A stretch of DNA of 64,000 nt from Nostoc sp. GTDB lineage: Bacteria; Cyanobacteriota; Cyanobacteriia; Cyanobacteriales; Nostocaceae. Positions 35,716 through 47,323 of the stretch are shown here, in pieces. Below the pieces are notes generated by a model that was not told where the DNA came from, did no database searches, and worked only from the letters and a program-made list of their open reading frames with translations. The translations under genes were made by a program, and so were the position numbers. Each line of letters opens with the position of its first letter. Position 1 is the first letter of the stretch. Location of the stretch: positions 232,487 through 296,486 of the forward strand of contig JBALDB010000011.1 of assembly GCA_036918135.1 (NCBI GenBank), written 5' to 3'.

Positions 35716-36672
35716 TTAGACCTTTAGAATATTTGCTGCTATTTGCTGTGCTACATCTTTATTTTGCCAGTAACTTCCGTGAGCGCTGCCGCCATTTGCC
35801 AAAGCCAAAAAGGTTTGTCGGATGGGGGGAGTTTGAGCAAATAAATTTAATAAGCCAGAGTCATCAGTGAGAACGTCTTTTACGTCAACATAAGAACCAG
35901 AATCGGGAATTAACTTGGCGATGATATTTTCTAATGGCCAAGCAATTGGATCGCCAGGATGAATAAAATTTAGCCAACACAACTCTCCATCTGCTTGTGT
36001 AAGGTTCTTCAACAAATTACTTAAACCAGGGCTGATGTCATGAGTACTTTCATCATTAGCATTTCTACCATTGATAGTAATTAAGCTAAACAAGGCAATG
36101 GGAGAACCCATAGTTTGAATGCTAGCCAGTCGGATACCTGTTGTAGGGTTGTCCCCAATGCCATAAAGTTTATCTCGAATATCCTTTACACTCTGATAGC
36201 CAGGAATGTCCTGATTATCCCAACGGCTGGCAAACAGAATGTCAAACAGTATGACCGTCCCCCAACTGTGAGTCACTAAATGTAGGCGATCGTCCTGCCC
36301 ATGTTTTTTTAAGCCTTCAAATGTTTGGTCTTTGAGTTGTTCAACCGCCATTGAGCCAATTAGGCGACTGATGTAGAGTCCTGCATCCCCGACAAATTGC
36401 AATATTTGCTTTTGGCGAAAATCCTGAAACCAGAGTTGGTTCCACTTAGACGAGCGTTTCAAGTTTGTTAGTAGTTCATTCAAGGCGCTTTGGTTCACAT
36501 CACCCCAGTAAAGAGGTACTTTGACGCATTCACGATTACGATCTTTCTGGCGGACTAGCTCAACAATCAAGTTAAACAACTTGTCGGCATAAGTGTAATT
36601 ATGGTTCTTTTCGTTTTCTTTCGATTCCCGTACATTTACCCCATGCAGAAATAAAATATAATCTTTTCCCAT
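35716..36672 (-). CDS. Alpha/beta-hydrolase-like protein
   Basis: FLHGV, VTHSWG, TMGSPI, HPGDPIA, AHGSYW. Confidence 0.75.
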   Translation of the reverse strand: MGKDYILFLHGVNVRESKENEKNHNYTYADKLFNLIVELVRQKDRNRECVKVPLYWGDVNQSALNELLTNLKRSSKWNQLWFQDFRQKQILQFVGDAGLYISRLIGSMAVEQLKDQTFEGLKKHGQDDRLHLVTHSWGTVILFDILFASRWDNQDIPGYQSVKDIRDKLYGIGDNPTTGIRLASIQTMGSPIALFSLITINGRNANDESTHDISPGLSNLLKNLTQADGELCWLNFIHPGDPIAWPLENIIAKLIPDSGSYVDVKDVLTDDSGLLNLFAQTPPIRQTFLALANGGSAHGSYWQNKDVAQQIAANILKV

Positions 36673-36888
36673 AGCTAACTCTGCCTTTTTTAAACTAATT
36701 AATCAAAGTAGATGGTAATATTCTTTAGATTCCCATGAGAAATACAACTTGAATACATCTGTAAATATTATTTAAAATATATCCTTGTAATTGTGGTTTT
36801 CCCGTAGAGTGACAAGTATTCGACTATGACGGGCATCATCGCTCTAGCCTAAAGTGATTTTTGCTTGAAATATCTAACAATCTAACTA

Positions 36889-36960
36889 TTTATTCAAAAC
36901 TCGTAGCGTAACACACTAAAACTAATAGAAATAGTGCGTTAGGCTTGCTTTAATGCACTT
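36889..36960 (+). repeat. 72-bp direct repeat, copy 2
   Basis: Near-identical to 35417-35488. Confidence 0.85.
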
Positions 36961-36990
36961 GCATAAAACAGAAATTTACAAGGTAAGCTT

Positions 36991-37413
36991 GTGTCTGATT
37001 TAGCGCTACATAATTATCTCGCTCGCGTTCCCGATGCAGCATTGCAAGAATTCATTGAATGGTGTGTTTTAGAACAGGCAAAAGCCGCAGAATGTAACTT
37101 CACTCCAGATAAAAGTAAGTTAGCTAATTTGCCACCAGCAGATTATGTTTCCAAGCTTGTAGATCAGTTCATGAAAGTTAAACCAGATCCTATTAAAGCA
37201 GGTTTAGTAGCAGCGATCGCTGGTAAGGAAGCTGACAAACATGCTTTATCTGGTTTAGCGATCGTAGCTGATTTTGTATCACTTTATGTGAAGTATTTAA
37301 TTCCTAAAGAAGGTAACAACCCAGAAGAAGCACAAGCGGTATTAACTAAAGCATCACAACATCAGTTAGAAAAACTTACTGAAATTGCCAAGAAACATGG
37401 TGTAAATTTTTAG
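36991..37413 (+). CDS. Hypothetical protein
   Basis: 140-aa ORF, AAGGT upstream of GTG. Confidence 0.75.
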   Translation: MSDLALHNYLARVPDAALQEFIEWCVLEQAKAAECNFTPDKSKLANLPPADYVSKLVDQFMKVKPDPIKAGLVAAIAGKEADKHALSGLAIVADFVSLYVKYLIPKEGNNPEEAQAVLTKASQHQLEKLTEIAKKHGVNF

Positions 37414-37475
37414 TTTTCGGCTGATAATTTCTTTAGAGGCTTTGTCTACATTACTAGTCAGAGCCTCTGTTTTAG

Positions 37476-38222
37476 TTATTTCTGATTGCCCGAATTAGAG
37501 CCTACTCGATACCAGTATTGATAAACTGGTTTATAGCCGAGTTTTTCATACAAGTTGCGAGCTGGAGTATTCGCCTGCACTACCTGTATGTAAGAAAAGC
37601 AAGCTCCTTTATTAATACCCCATTCAAGCAAACCCTGAATAATTGCTGTTGCATAGCCGCGCCGCCTTTGCATTGGACTGGTAACTAGATCAAAAATGCC
37701 TAGATAACTGCTTTCCAAAATGCCTATTCCACAAGCAACAATTTTATTATGTTGTTTGCATGAAACAAATAGAGTTTCTGATTTTATTGCTGTTAATATC
37801 ATTCTATGGATAGTTGATGGCTGTTCTTCCAAAGCTTTTAAGTTATGATAAGCAACCAACCAATCATTTAAATTTTCGTGATTAATAGCGGGTAGAATAT
37901 TAAGCGATCGCTCTGATAATCTCATGCCCATTACTAGGGATGGCTCAATTAGTTGATATCCCTTTGCGGCTAGCTTTTCATCTAAAACCTCTGGGTTAGT
38001 GAATGAGAGCAAGCGGAAAATAGGGTTTTGTTTACGCGCTTGATATTCGGATTCGCAGTAAGCAATTTTTTCTTCAATGTCTAAACCAATTTCATCCAGA
38101 ACTGTCACTGAATTAGCTCGTTTGGTGTAGCCATCAGCAAAACGCATTACCCAACCATGACGGTTGATAGTTTCAAAAGCAGGCCATGCTTTCAATGATA
38201 TTTCTTCAATTATTCTATACAT
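37476..38222 (-). CDS. GNAT acetyltransferase
   Basis: GYTKRANSV, QRRRGYA, ARNLYEKLGY. Confidence 0.88.
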   Translation of the reverse strand: MYRIIEEISLKAWPAFETINRHGWVMRFADGYTKRANSVTVLDEIGLDIEEKIAYCESEYQARKQNPIFRLLSFTNPEVLDEKLAAKGYQLIEPSLVMGMRLSERSLNILPAINHENLNDWLVAYHNLKALEEQPSTIHRMILTAIKSETLFVSCKQHNKIVACGIGILESSYLGIFDLVTSPMQRRRGYATAIIQGLLEWGINKGACFSYIQVVQANTPARNLYEKLGYKPVYQYWYRVGSNSGNQK

Positions 38223-38329
38223 TCAAAATTAGCAAAAAATATTTACCTTTTTATTCAACCACTCTTAAAGCTTAAGCAACGCGACTCTTTATCTTAAAAT
38301 TGAGGAAACGCATTAAACTTTATAGTTAT

Positions 38330-38554
38330 ATGGATAAAATTGTAGTTAACTCGCAAATTCATTTCGGTAAACCTTGTATAGCAGGGACACGCATCACTGT
38401 ACAAAACATTCTTGAATTACTTAATGATGGGCTTTCTTTTGAAGAAATTATCCAAGACTACTATCCAGAGCTACAAATAGAGGATATTCGTGCTTGCCTA
38501 CAATATGCGATAGCACTAGTAGCGGCTGAAGACATTCGCCTAATATCTATCTGA
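38330..38554 (+). CDS. DUF433 antitoxin-like protein
   Basis: GKPCIAGTRITV...EDIRACLQYA. Confidence 0.88.
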   Translation: MDKIVVNSQIHFGKPCIAGTRITVQNILELLNDGLSFEEIIQDYYPELQIEDIRACLQYAIALVAAEDIRLISI

Positions 38555-38556
38555 GC

Positions 38557-38826
38557 ATGAGATTATTACTAGATCAAGATGTCTATGCTGTGACAGCAAG
38601 ATTTCTAGTTGATACCGGACACGATGTGGTTCTTGCTGCTCAGATTGGTCTTTCACAAGCAAGTGATGAAGAAATACTAAGAACAGCACATGAAGAAAAC
38701 CGTATTCTCATCACGCGAGATAGAGACTACGGAAATCTTGTTTTTGTTAGAGCAATGGGGTCTGGAGTCATCTATCTCCGAATATTACCTACAACTGTAA
38801 ATAAAGTTCATAACGAATACATTAGT
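38557..38826 (+). pseudogene. DUF5615 PIN-like toxin lacking its own stop, in frame with hupW
   Basis: MRLLLDQDV, ASDEEIL, ILITRDRDYG. Confidence 0.75.
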
Positions 38827-39300
<474 letters not shown>

Positions 39301-39347
39301 GACTCTATTTATGGGGTATTGGACATTAGTTATCGTCCTTATCTCCC

Positions 39348-39725
39348 TCATCCTGCCAAATCACGGTATACAGATAATTCATCTACCCTCATTTCAAAAG
39401 GTACGCCTTGACCTTCCGGGGGACAGACGCGGATTTTTGCACTGCTGATAATTTGGTTAAGTAATGTCCCCATTGGCACAATTTGTTGTAAGACACGCCA
39501 GTTGGTAACTTGGTCAGTACATTCAATTACTAATGTCATAGCGCTAGCATGGGTTGTGACGTACCATCGACAATTAGATAAGAGATTTTGAATAGTGCGA
39601 TCGCAACCATCATAAAAGTATTTACTAATAGAATACTCTAGTTGTTGCCGCAATATAATATCTGCCGATGTCGGTTGCACAGGATGCGAATCGTCACGAT
39701 TTAAGTAATACATATTTCTAGCCAT
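39348..39725 (-). CDS. Hypothetical protein, paralog of 16377-16751
   Basis: Shared motifs. Confidence 0.75.
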   Translation of the reverse strand: MARNMYYLNRDDSHPVQPTSADIILRQQLEYSISKYFYDGCDRTIQNLLSNCRWYVTTHASAMTLVIECTDQVTNWRVLQQIVPMGTLLNQIISSAKIRVCPPEGQGVPFEMRVDELSVYRDLAG

Positions 39726-39743
39726 CTCTATTTACTTTCCTGC

Positions 39744-41054
39744 TTATATTCCAATCACCATTGCGTAAAGTACATCTTTATTTGTTTCTAATAATTCCTG
39801 GGTTTCATCATCATAAAAAGCACCTACACCACTACATTCAATTCCCAAATAATTACTAGCTAAATAAAGCCTCTGTCCTAGAAAACCAGCTATTTGCATA
39901 GCGGTTTGGTAGTTTAAATAATCAGATACAAAAAATAAAGTTACAGCGCTATCTCTAGCAATAGCTTGATTAATACATAAGTAACCTGTCTGTTCGCTAA
40001 AATTACCCGTTTTAATCAGAGATGTATCTTTATATAATCCACATAATATTCCCTCTACTCGATGTATCACCGAGTAAATATCTATTTCTTCATAATTTTC
40101 TGTTGGGATTGGCTGCTTAAGTTGCTGCATTATATATAAATAATCTTCTTGAGAAATAGACTTTTTCCGGAAACGTCTAACAGAACGTCTATTCAAAACA
40201 GTTTGATAAAATTTATCCTTGTCAAAGCTAAGTTGAGGCTGTTTGAGTTGTTGCTGACTACTCTTTTGTACAGCCGTAGCTTGATAAGTATCTTCAATGA
40301 ATTGATTAGGTTCAAAGTAATCAGTACCGCAAACAAAAGGAACTTTTATCCTTAAGGGTCTGACTTTCTTTTCTTGTAATTCTCCTGACACCACACAAGC
40401 TGTAATAAACTCTTTATTCTCAAATCCCAAAGCTAAATTGAGAGCGAGTTTATCAAAGTCAAAAATTAGTTGTATATCCTTTTCATGGAGATAAGCTGAA
40501 GCTGCGAGAGGCTTCGCCACGCCAGAGGCGAACGCACCTAAATGATGTCCGCTATCTAAAAAGCAATATCTCGTGCTTCTATTTTGATATTTCCAGCTAG
40601 ACCTATAATAAACACAACTAATTAAAAATATGAATCCATTGATACTTTTGTCCGGTATAATATAACTCTCTAGCCCATCATCAATCAATTCATAGATGAG
40701 TGTTAGACAATTATTCTCAACTTCTAAGTGATAAATTCCATCTAGTATTCCCGGAACTTTGCGAACCTGTACGTAAACTTCCGTAGGATACAGAGCGCCT
40801 GCTGATGGATTCACCCGCAGTTTATCGAGACTATCTTTATACACTTTTTCTAGTGTTATTGCACTGGTTAAGGATATAAAAGAATGAACGGGATTATTGA
40901 TATTTAATTTCACTCTCCGATAAAATTTTGGATAAACTTTAAATGCAGATGGTTGAGTTGAAGCATCTACATAATTTGGCTCGACCTGTACTGATAAGTA
41001 AGAATGCTTGGTAGCTTCATGATAGGCTTTGTCCGATATTTTGTTTTCTGGCAT
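39744..41054 (-). CDS. Nitroreductase / SagB-like dehydrogenase
   Basis: RVNPSAGALYP, RRSVRRF, GVGAFYDDE; carries 24-bp in-frame insertion. Confidence 0.85.
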   Translation of the reverse strand: MPENKISDKAYHEATKHSYLSVQVEPNYVDASTQPSAFKVYPKFYRRVKLNINNPVHSFISLTSAITLEKVYKDSLDKLRVNPSAGALYPTEVYVQVRKVPGILDGIYHLEVENNCLTLIYELIDDGLESYIIPDKSINGFIFLISCVYYRSSWKYQNRSTRYCFLDSGHHLGAFASGVAKPLAASAYLHEKDIQLIFDFDKLALNLALGFENKEFITACVVSGELQEKKVRPLRIKVPFVCGTDYFEPNQFIEDTYQATAVQKSSQQQLKQPQLSFDKDKFYQTVLNRRSVRRFRKKSISQEDYLYIMQQLKQPIPTENYEEIDIYSVIHRVEGILCGLYKDTSLIKTGNFSEQTGYLCINQAIARDSAVTLFFVSDYLNYQTAMQIAGFLGQRLYLASNYLGIECSGVGAFYDDETQELLETNKDVLYAMVIGI

Positions 41055-41534
41055 TTTTGAGTATCCTTAAAACTTCTACATTGCTAGCAAAATCAAGCGC
41101 TTTATAGTCGTCTAAGTTTTTCAAATCTAAGTTAGGATGATGCTGTAAAAGTAGCTTGACGACTTCTGTTTTTCCGGCTGATGCTGCATACATTAAAGAG
41201 AAGTCTGAGCGGCGGCTTCCGCCGATCAGAACTTCGGTACAGTTGCACCATTATCATTTTGGTTGTCAATGTTAATCTTGTTAGCCAGCAGCAAGTTAAT
41301 TAAATCGTAGTGATTTCCAAAACAAGCAAACCATAAAGCATTATTGCGATCGCTATTTATAGCATTGATATTCGCACCTACATCAATTAGTTCTTTAACA
41401 ACTGTGTAAACACCCTCTCTAGTAGCTTTCATCAAAGCTGTATCGCCATTTTCACCTGGTTGATTTAACTGCTGAGGATTATAGCCTTTCGCTATTAACC
41501 ATTGGGTTGTTGTTTTACTCAAATCTTGACTCAT
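41017..41534 (-). pseudogene. Ankyrin-repeat protein disrupted by 41-bp palindromic insertion
   Basis: GDTALMKA, NNALWFAC, GATV|insert|LMYAASAGKTEVVKLLL. Confidence 0.88.
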
Positions 41535-41688
41535 AATATTCTTCCACTTTTAACGCTTTCACTAATTAACAAGTATGAAAAGTTTGCTAGATTTTCTTGT
41601 ACTTATTAAGAAATCTCAAATAATTTCATTGTTAAAACCATCATTTGCTACTTTATTGAAGTATCCATAACAAAAAGACATCTGAAAA

Positions 41689-41898
41689 ATGGAAATTAGC
41701 GCTCGTAATTCTCTCAAAGGTACTGTCAAACAAATTGTACATGGTTCGGTTAATACTGAGGTCATTTTAGAAATAGCACCAGGAGTAGAGCTAGTGTCAA
41801 TCATCACAAAATCATCAGCTGAAAAGCTCGAACTTTCAGAAGGAAAGCAGGCTTATGCAGTGATTAAATCATCAGATGTGATAGTTGCTGTTGATTAA
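41689..41898 (+). CDS. mop: Molybdate/molybdopterin-binding TOBE protein
   Basis: ISARNSLKG, AVIKSSDV. Confidence 0.92.
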   Translation: MEISARNSLKGTVKQIVHGSVNTEVILEIAPGVELVSIITKSSAEKLELSEGKQAYAVIKSSDVIVAVD

Positions 41899-41952
41899 GA
41901 AATAGCTGCTTTACCCCTGATATTAAATTGCATCTATATCTATAAATTAGTA

Positions 41953-41989
41953 ACCTCACTCCTAGAACTAGTTGATAAAGGAGTGAGGT
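41953..41989. terminator. Hairpin between convergent mop and fdxH
   Basis: acctcactcct ... aggagtgaggt. Confidence 0.6.
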
Positions 41990-42374
41990 CAAAAATTTGT
42001 TAGAGATTATTTACAGCAGAATAGACAATTTAAAATAAAGAAAGGAGTAAAACACTCTTTGTACATGGCTGGCAGACTGAAATTAATTAGTTGGTGAGAA
42101 TTACTTTCGGTTATTTGTCTGTCACAATCATTGTTATAATTTATTTTATTTATTTTATTAAATAAAAAATTTATTTTTCTGCTTTTTAACTTATCGATCC
42201 ATTAATTAAGCTCAAATTCATTTTGATAACTTGGTGAAGCTTTCCTTGCTTTGCTTCTGAATTCTTAATTATGAATTCTTGATTGATAAATGATGAAGGA
42301 AAGAATGAAGTATATTTTCATCCTTCATCCTTCATTTTTATTCAGTTGCTAAGAACAGCAATCAAAGTAATGGT

Positions 42375-42674
42375 TTAGACCAGATACGCTTCTTGATGTG
42401 TCTTAATTGTGCAATTAGAACGAGGATAGGTAACACAAAGTAAAGCGTATCCTTTAGAAACCTGATCGTCATCTAGGAAGTTTTGATCGTCTTGATTAAT
42501 TTCGCCTTCAACAACCTTGCCAACACAGCTAGAGCAAGAACCTGCATGACAAGAAGCTGGCAAATCAATATCGTTGTCGTGTGCTGCTTCTAAGATAGTA
42601 GTTTCTTCGTCAACTTCAATTGTGGTGTCGAGGTCTTCCTTTTTGTTGATTAATCTAACTTGGTAGGTAGCCAT
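42375..42674 (-). CDS. fdxH: Heterocyst [2Fe-2S] ferredoxin
   Basis: [22 protein letters not shown], end of nif cluster. Confidence 0.93.
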   Translation of the reverse strand: MATYQVRLINKKEDLDTTIEVDEETTILEAAHDNDIDLPASCHAGSCSSCVGKVVEGEINQDDQNFLDDDQVSKGYALLCVTYPRSNCTIKTHQEAYLV

Positions 42675-42784
42675 TTTCCGATTCTCCTCAAACGTTATAC
42701 AATTAGGTTTAATTTCTGAAAATTTTGAGTCAACCTGTTCTACTGTTTGCTGTGTAAGGCGATCGCTTAGCATTAAGAATGGTA

Positions 42785-43159
42785 TTAGTTGCCGCAAGGT
42801 ACACCAGTAGGCGTACACTCACCTGCTTTGAATGACTTTCCACAACCACAGTTACCAGTTGCATTGGGGTTGATGAACTTAAAGCCGCTTTCCATCACTC
42901 CCTCAACGAAGTCAACTATGACTCCTTCTAATAACGGCGCACTTTTGGCGTCAACATAAACAAGTACTTTGCCTTGCTCGATTACCAAATCATCTGGTTG
43001 GGGCTTGCTAGTGATATCCATTGCATATTCGTAGCCACTGCAACCACCATTTTTTACAGAGAAGCGGACACCTTTAGTTGCGCCATTAGCATCGGTTGCG
43101 GAACCTTTAAGAAATGCCCGCAGATGAAATTCTGCTTTTTCTGATAAAGTTACAGTCAT
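42785..43159 (-). CDS. hesB: IscA-type Fe-S carrier
   Basis: [15 protein letters not shown]. Confidence 0.93.
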   Translation of the reverse strand: MTVTLSEKAEFHLRAFLKGSATDANGATKGVRFSVKNGGCSGYEYAMDITSKPQPDDLVIEQGKVLVYVDAKSAPLLEGVIVDFVEGVMESGFKFINPNATGNCGCGKSFKAGECTPTGVPCGN

Positions 43160-43250
43160 CAGATCTCCTGATTTGTTATTTCTCATTTGTCCGTTGTCAG
43201 TTGTCATTTGTCCTTTGTTTTCTTACTAATGACCAATGACTAATGACTAA

Positions 43251-44054
43251 TTAGCTATTCTGTGCAATACCGGTGGCTTCCATTGAATTGGGTTGAGCGT
43301 ATCTCCAAGGCGCACTATTACCGCATACTGGACAAGAGCGATCGCGATAAGAACGGCGCTTAGCAAATTCCAGCCGACTCAAGTCGATTGTCAGCAATTG
43401 CGACAATAAAGGCTGACTGAAGCCAGTGATCAACTTAATCGCTTCCAATGCGGTTAAACAAGCCAGTGTCCCAGAAACAGCACCAACAACTGAAAAGCCG
43501 CGCCGATCCCAATCAGGCTTTTCCGGAAACAAACAGGACAAACAAGGAGTCACACCAGGAATAATCGTTGTCAGGTAAGCTTCCATCCCATCCATTGCAG
43601 CTTCCACCATTGGCTTACGCCAGCGCACGCAAGCTTCATTTAATAAATTGCGCTCCGTAAAATTATGGGCGCAATCAAGAGCCATATCAGCGGATTGCAC
43701 CAGTGCGTCTACATTTTCCGGGGTGATATAATCATGAACTGCTTCTACTTGGACATCAGGATTAATCGCATCCAGAGTTTCTTTAGCTTTGAATACCCTT
43801 GGCTTACCTACCCAATCGTCTGTCATCAAAACCTGACGATTCATATCATCTAGCCGCAAGTCACCACCCCGGACTAAGATTAGCCGCCCAACGCCTGCTA
43901 CTGCTAAGTAAAGCGCCGCCGTACCACCCAATCCCCCCACACCCGTAACCAAAACTGTTGCTGACTTCAAGCGCTTCTGCGCTGCTTCGCCAAAATTCGG
44001 CAGCATCATTTGGCGATGATAGCGTTCTAATTCGGTAGGCGTTAGGTTTACCAA
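43251..44054 (-). CDS. hesA: HesA/MoeB/ThiF family protein
   Basis: GVGGLG, CLSC, CPVC; nif context. Confidence 0.93.
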   Translation of the reverse strand: MVNLTPTELERYHRQMMLPNFGEAAQKRLKSATVLVTGVGGLGGTAALYLAVAGVGRLILVRGGDLRLDDMNRQVLMTDDWVGKPRVFKAKETLDAINPDVQVEAVHDYITPENVDALVQSADMALDCAHNFTERNLLNEACVRWRKPMVEAAMDGMEAYLTTIIPGVTPCLSCLFPEKPDWDRRGFSVVGAVSGTLACLTALEAIKLITGFSQPLLSQLLTIDLSRLEFAKRRSYRDRSCPVCGNSAPWRYAQPNSMEATGIAQNS

Positions 44055-44064
44055 TTTATACCTC

Positions 44065-44378
<314 letters not shown>

Positions 44379-44382
<4 letters not shown>

Positions 44383-44594
44383 TTCGCATTCTCCAATTTT
44401 TTCAGCTGTTGCTTAAGTTCATCTAACTGATGAAATATTTCATAAGTTGCAGCTGCAACATCCATAAGTTGTTTGTAATCTGTTGGCAAACCTTCCGCTA
44501 AATCATGCAGATCCATCTTCATTTGACCCGCTTTGCTGTTGAGGCGTCTAATTTGTCCCTTGAGTTCCTCAATCTTTGTTTCTTCTACCTGCAC
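44379..44594 (-). CDS. Rop-like nif protein (DUF683 / CCE_0567 family)
   Basis: KMDLHDLAEGLP. Confidence 0.88.
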
Positions 44595-44754
44595 GATTAG
44601 CCACTCCTTTTTTTAGTTAGAAGTTAAGAGTTAGGAGTTAAAAGTTAAGAGTTACGAGTGAGGAGTTAATGATTTATCTAACTTTTAACTGAGAATTCAA
44701 TATTGATAACTCTTAACTAATAATTCATAACTTTTAACCCTAACTCCTAACTTT

Positions 44755-45231
44755 TTACAATTTGCCTACTTCCGGAAACCGCTTCGCTAAATTAATACCT
44801 TTTTGGACGTAGCTTTCTCCCTCTTGGGCTAATTTTTCTAGCGAGTCAAAGCCAAATCTTTGAGCATCTCGCAAGGTTTTTACAGCTAGTAAAAGACGAC
44901 CAGAAAAAACTAGCGCCCAGCCAAATCCTTCGTGACCTAAATCAATCACAACCTGCGATATCAAACCTGTTTCCTGTTCAATTCCAGCGGCTACAGCTCG
45001 AAAAAATGCCATAATCCGAGCTTGAGTTATGGGATCGACTTCACCCTCAATGGAGATTTCTCGTTTCTTTTGTTTGCTGACTACAAAAGGTTTGAGAATT
45101 AATTCATCCGACCAACTACGATAAACTCCATAACTATCTTGACCCCGAATCTGTTTGATTAATACCTTGAGAAAAGGCGAGTTCAAGACTTCAGTCGTAG
45201 CAGTTCCGTTAACACTATTATTTATAGTCAT
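44755..45231 (-). CDS. NifX-associated protein (DUF269)
   Basis: HEGFGWALVFSGRL, RDAQRFGFDSL. Confidence 0.9.
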   Translation of the reverse strand: MTINNSVNGTATTEVLNSPFLKVLIKQIRGQDSYGVYRSWSDELILKPFVVSKQKKREISIEGEVDPITQARIMAFFRAVAAGIEQETGLISQVVIDLGHEGFGWALVFSGRLLLAVKTLRDAQRFGFDSLEKLAQEGESYVQKGINLAKRFPEVGKL

Positions 45232-45641
45232 ACTGTTGCTTCATCTCCAACTTCATCTGTAAAGTTTGAAGGTTTTTGCTGTAAAGCTTTACGCAACCAA
45301 GGTGGAGGATTACCTTTGAGGGTTTGCACTAATTTATTTAACACTTCACTAATTTCTTCTTCTTCCGATCGCGCCTTCACTGGGGTAACCCCTTTTTTGA
45401 TTAACCGAGCCGCAGCACTGCCACCAATTGCTGTTACATAAACAATCGTACAATCAGATAACGCGTCAAGTTTGGGTGTAATTTTATCTTCATTTCCATC
45501 TTCTTTGAGTTCACCTTCAAAGTTGAGGGTTTCTAAAAATTCGTATCCCTCATTGGAAATTTCATAAACATCAATTAGCCTTGCCCATCCAAAGTGAGCA
45601 TTAATATGAACTCGGTCAGTCGTAGTGAAGGCAATTTTCAT
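45228..45641 (-). CDS. nifX: FeMo-co precursor carrier
   Basis: INAHFGWA, PPPWLRKAL. Confidence 0.94.
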   Translation of the reverse strand: MKIAFTTTDRVHINAHFGWARLIDVYEISNEGYEFLETLNFEGELKEDGNEDKITPKLDALSDCTIVYVTAIGGSAAARLIKKGVTPVKARSEEEEISEVLNKLVQTLKGNPPPWLRKALQQKPSNFTDEVGDEATV

Positions 45642-45869
45642 TATAATTCTCCTCTTTCAAGTGTTGAATAAAGAACTCGGAGTCAAAAATTTTCAATTCA
45701 AAATCAATTTGAGTCAACTGTGGTGAAGAATAAATATTAAAATTTCACACTAAATATGTATATTTAGTGATATTAATTTGAGAAAGACTACACCTACATC
45801 TGTATGATTGAATTCTGATTTCCAACTTCTAACTTCTGAGTTCCGAATTCTGACGAATGTATTCTGACT

Positions 45870-47207
45870 TCAAAAATCAGCCCCCACAACTCCTACTTCT
45901 TGTAACTGCTTAACTCTTGCTTCTTCTGCCTCTAAAAAGAGGTTACCGATGCCATACAAAAGTTCCATTGTGCCTCGGTAACCAACTTTGGTAAACAAAC
46001 CATTACCTAAACGGTCATAAATGGGCAGTCCCAGACGATAAAGAGGAATACACAGACGCTTGGCGATCGCATTTACATTTGAGTTACCAATTAGCAAATC
46101 TGAACCAGTTGCTAAACTGTCAAAGTCTTCCAAATCACCGATGGTGACGCTTTTAAATGGGAGTTTTTCGAGTAGTGGCGATCGCGTCGTCGTCACCACA
46201 GCATGAATCTGCGCTCCCATTGATTGCAGAAAATGCACTGTTGACCACAATAAATCAGGTTCCAGTGCTAAAGAAACTCGCTTCGCACCAAAATAAAAGT
46301 GCGTGTCTAACATCGCATCTTGCAGCTGACGACGTTGGCGGCGGTATTTTTCCGGTACGCTGTTACCACTCAGAATCGCTAATGCTTGGAGAAACTCATC
46401 TACTGGTTCTAATCCAGTCACTTCCCCAAACACCTCGTAAGGCGTACCAAACCTCTCTTCTAGAATCTTGGCAGCACCGCGCATACTCTCGCCTAAGGCC
46501 AAAGTGAAAGCAGAACTACCGACTTCTCGTAGCTGTTTTAAAGTAGTCCCACTGACTGTAACCGCACTATAGTTATCTTCCAAGTGTCCATCGAGAGAAG
46601 CGCCAAGGTCTGGTACAAAGATGGGCACCAAGCCAAAAGCTGTCACCATCTCCTTGATTTCCTGTACATCCCCTGGCGTGAAAGCAGAACCCGCTAAAAT
46701 CGTCACTTGTTCAGTTTTGATTCCACCTGGTCGCGGGATTTCTTGAACTATGCTTTCCACAGCAACCGCAAAACCATCTTGCAACGCACCTTTAAAATCG
46801 GGAGTCGGAGCAAATATAATCGCCAAATCATTCAATTCTGGGTGACGTTTACGGATTTCCTTGAGAAAACCCTCAATATCATCTCCCCTAGTTTCCGTCA
46901 ACCCAGTAGTACATAAACCAATAATTTCTGGTTTAGCCTTTTCTACCAAAGTGAGAATAGCCTGTTCCACATTTTCTTCACCACCCAAAATTGTAGTGAC
47001 TTCCGTCATTGCTGTGGTAGCTAAGGGAATCGCTTCCCGGAAATGCCGCACTAGCACAACTTTAGCGAAAGCAGTACAACCTTGAGAACCGTGGAATAAA
47101 GGCATCGTCCCCTTTAATCCCAAAAAAGCTAATGATGCGCCCAAAGCTTGGCTTTGCTTGAGAGGATTAACCGTCAGTGATTTATTAGAAACAGTAACGA
47201 TCGCCAT
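45870..47207 (-). CDS. nifN: FeMo-co scaffold beta subunit
   Basis: NPLKQSQALGA, HGSQGCTAF. Confidence 0.96.
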   Translation of the reverse strand: MAIVTVSNKSLTVNPLKQSQALGASLAFLGLKGTMPLFHGSQGCTAFAKVVLVRHFREAIPLATTAMTEVTTILGGEENVEQAILTLVEKAKPEIIGLCTTGLTETRGDDIEGFLKEIRKRHPELNDLAIIFAPTPDFKGALQDGFAVAVESIVQEIPRPGGIKTEQVTILAGSAFTPGDVQEIKEMVTAFGLVPIFVPDLGASLDGHLEDNYSAVTVSGTTLKQLREVGSSAFTLALGESMRGAAKILEERFGTPYEVFGEVTGLEPVDEFLQALAILSGNSVPEKYRRQRRQLQDAMLDTHFYFGAKRVSLALEPDLLWSTVHFLQSMGAQIHAVVTTTRSPLLEKLPFKSVTIGDLEDFDSLATGSDLLIGNSNVNAIAKRLCIPLYRLGLPIYDRLGNGLFTKVGYRGTMELLYGIGNLFLEAEEARVKQLQEVGVVGADF

Positions 47208-47323
47208 TAAACTACCTTCTTGTTGCGTTCAGAAATAGCATCTACTTGGAGAGGTGGGAAGGTGAGGAGTAAAGGAAGCAAACAAACAATTATTCTTCCT
47301 CATCCCCTCATCTCCCCATCCCC

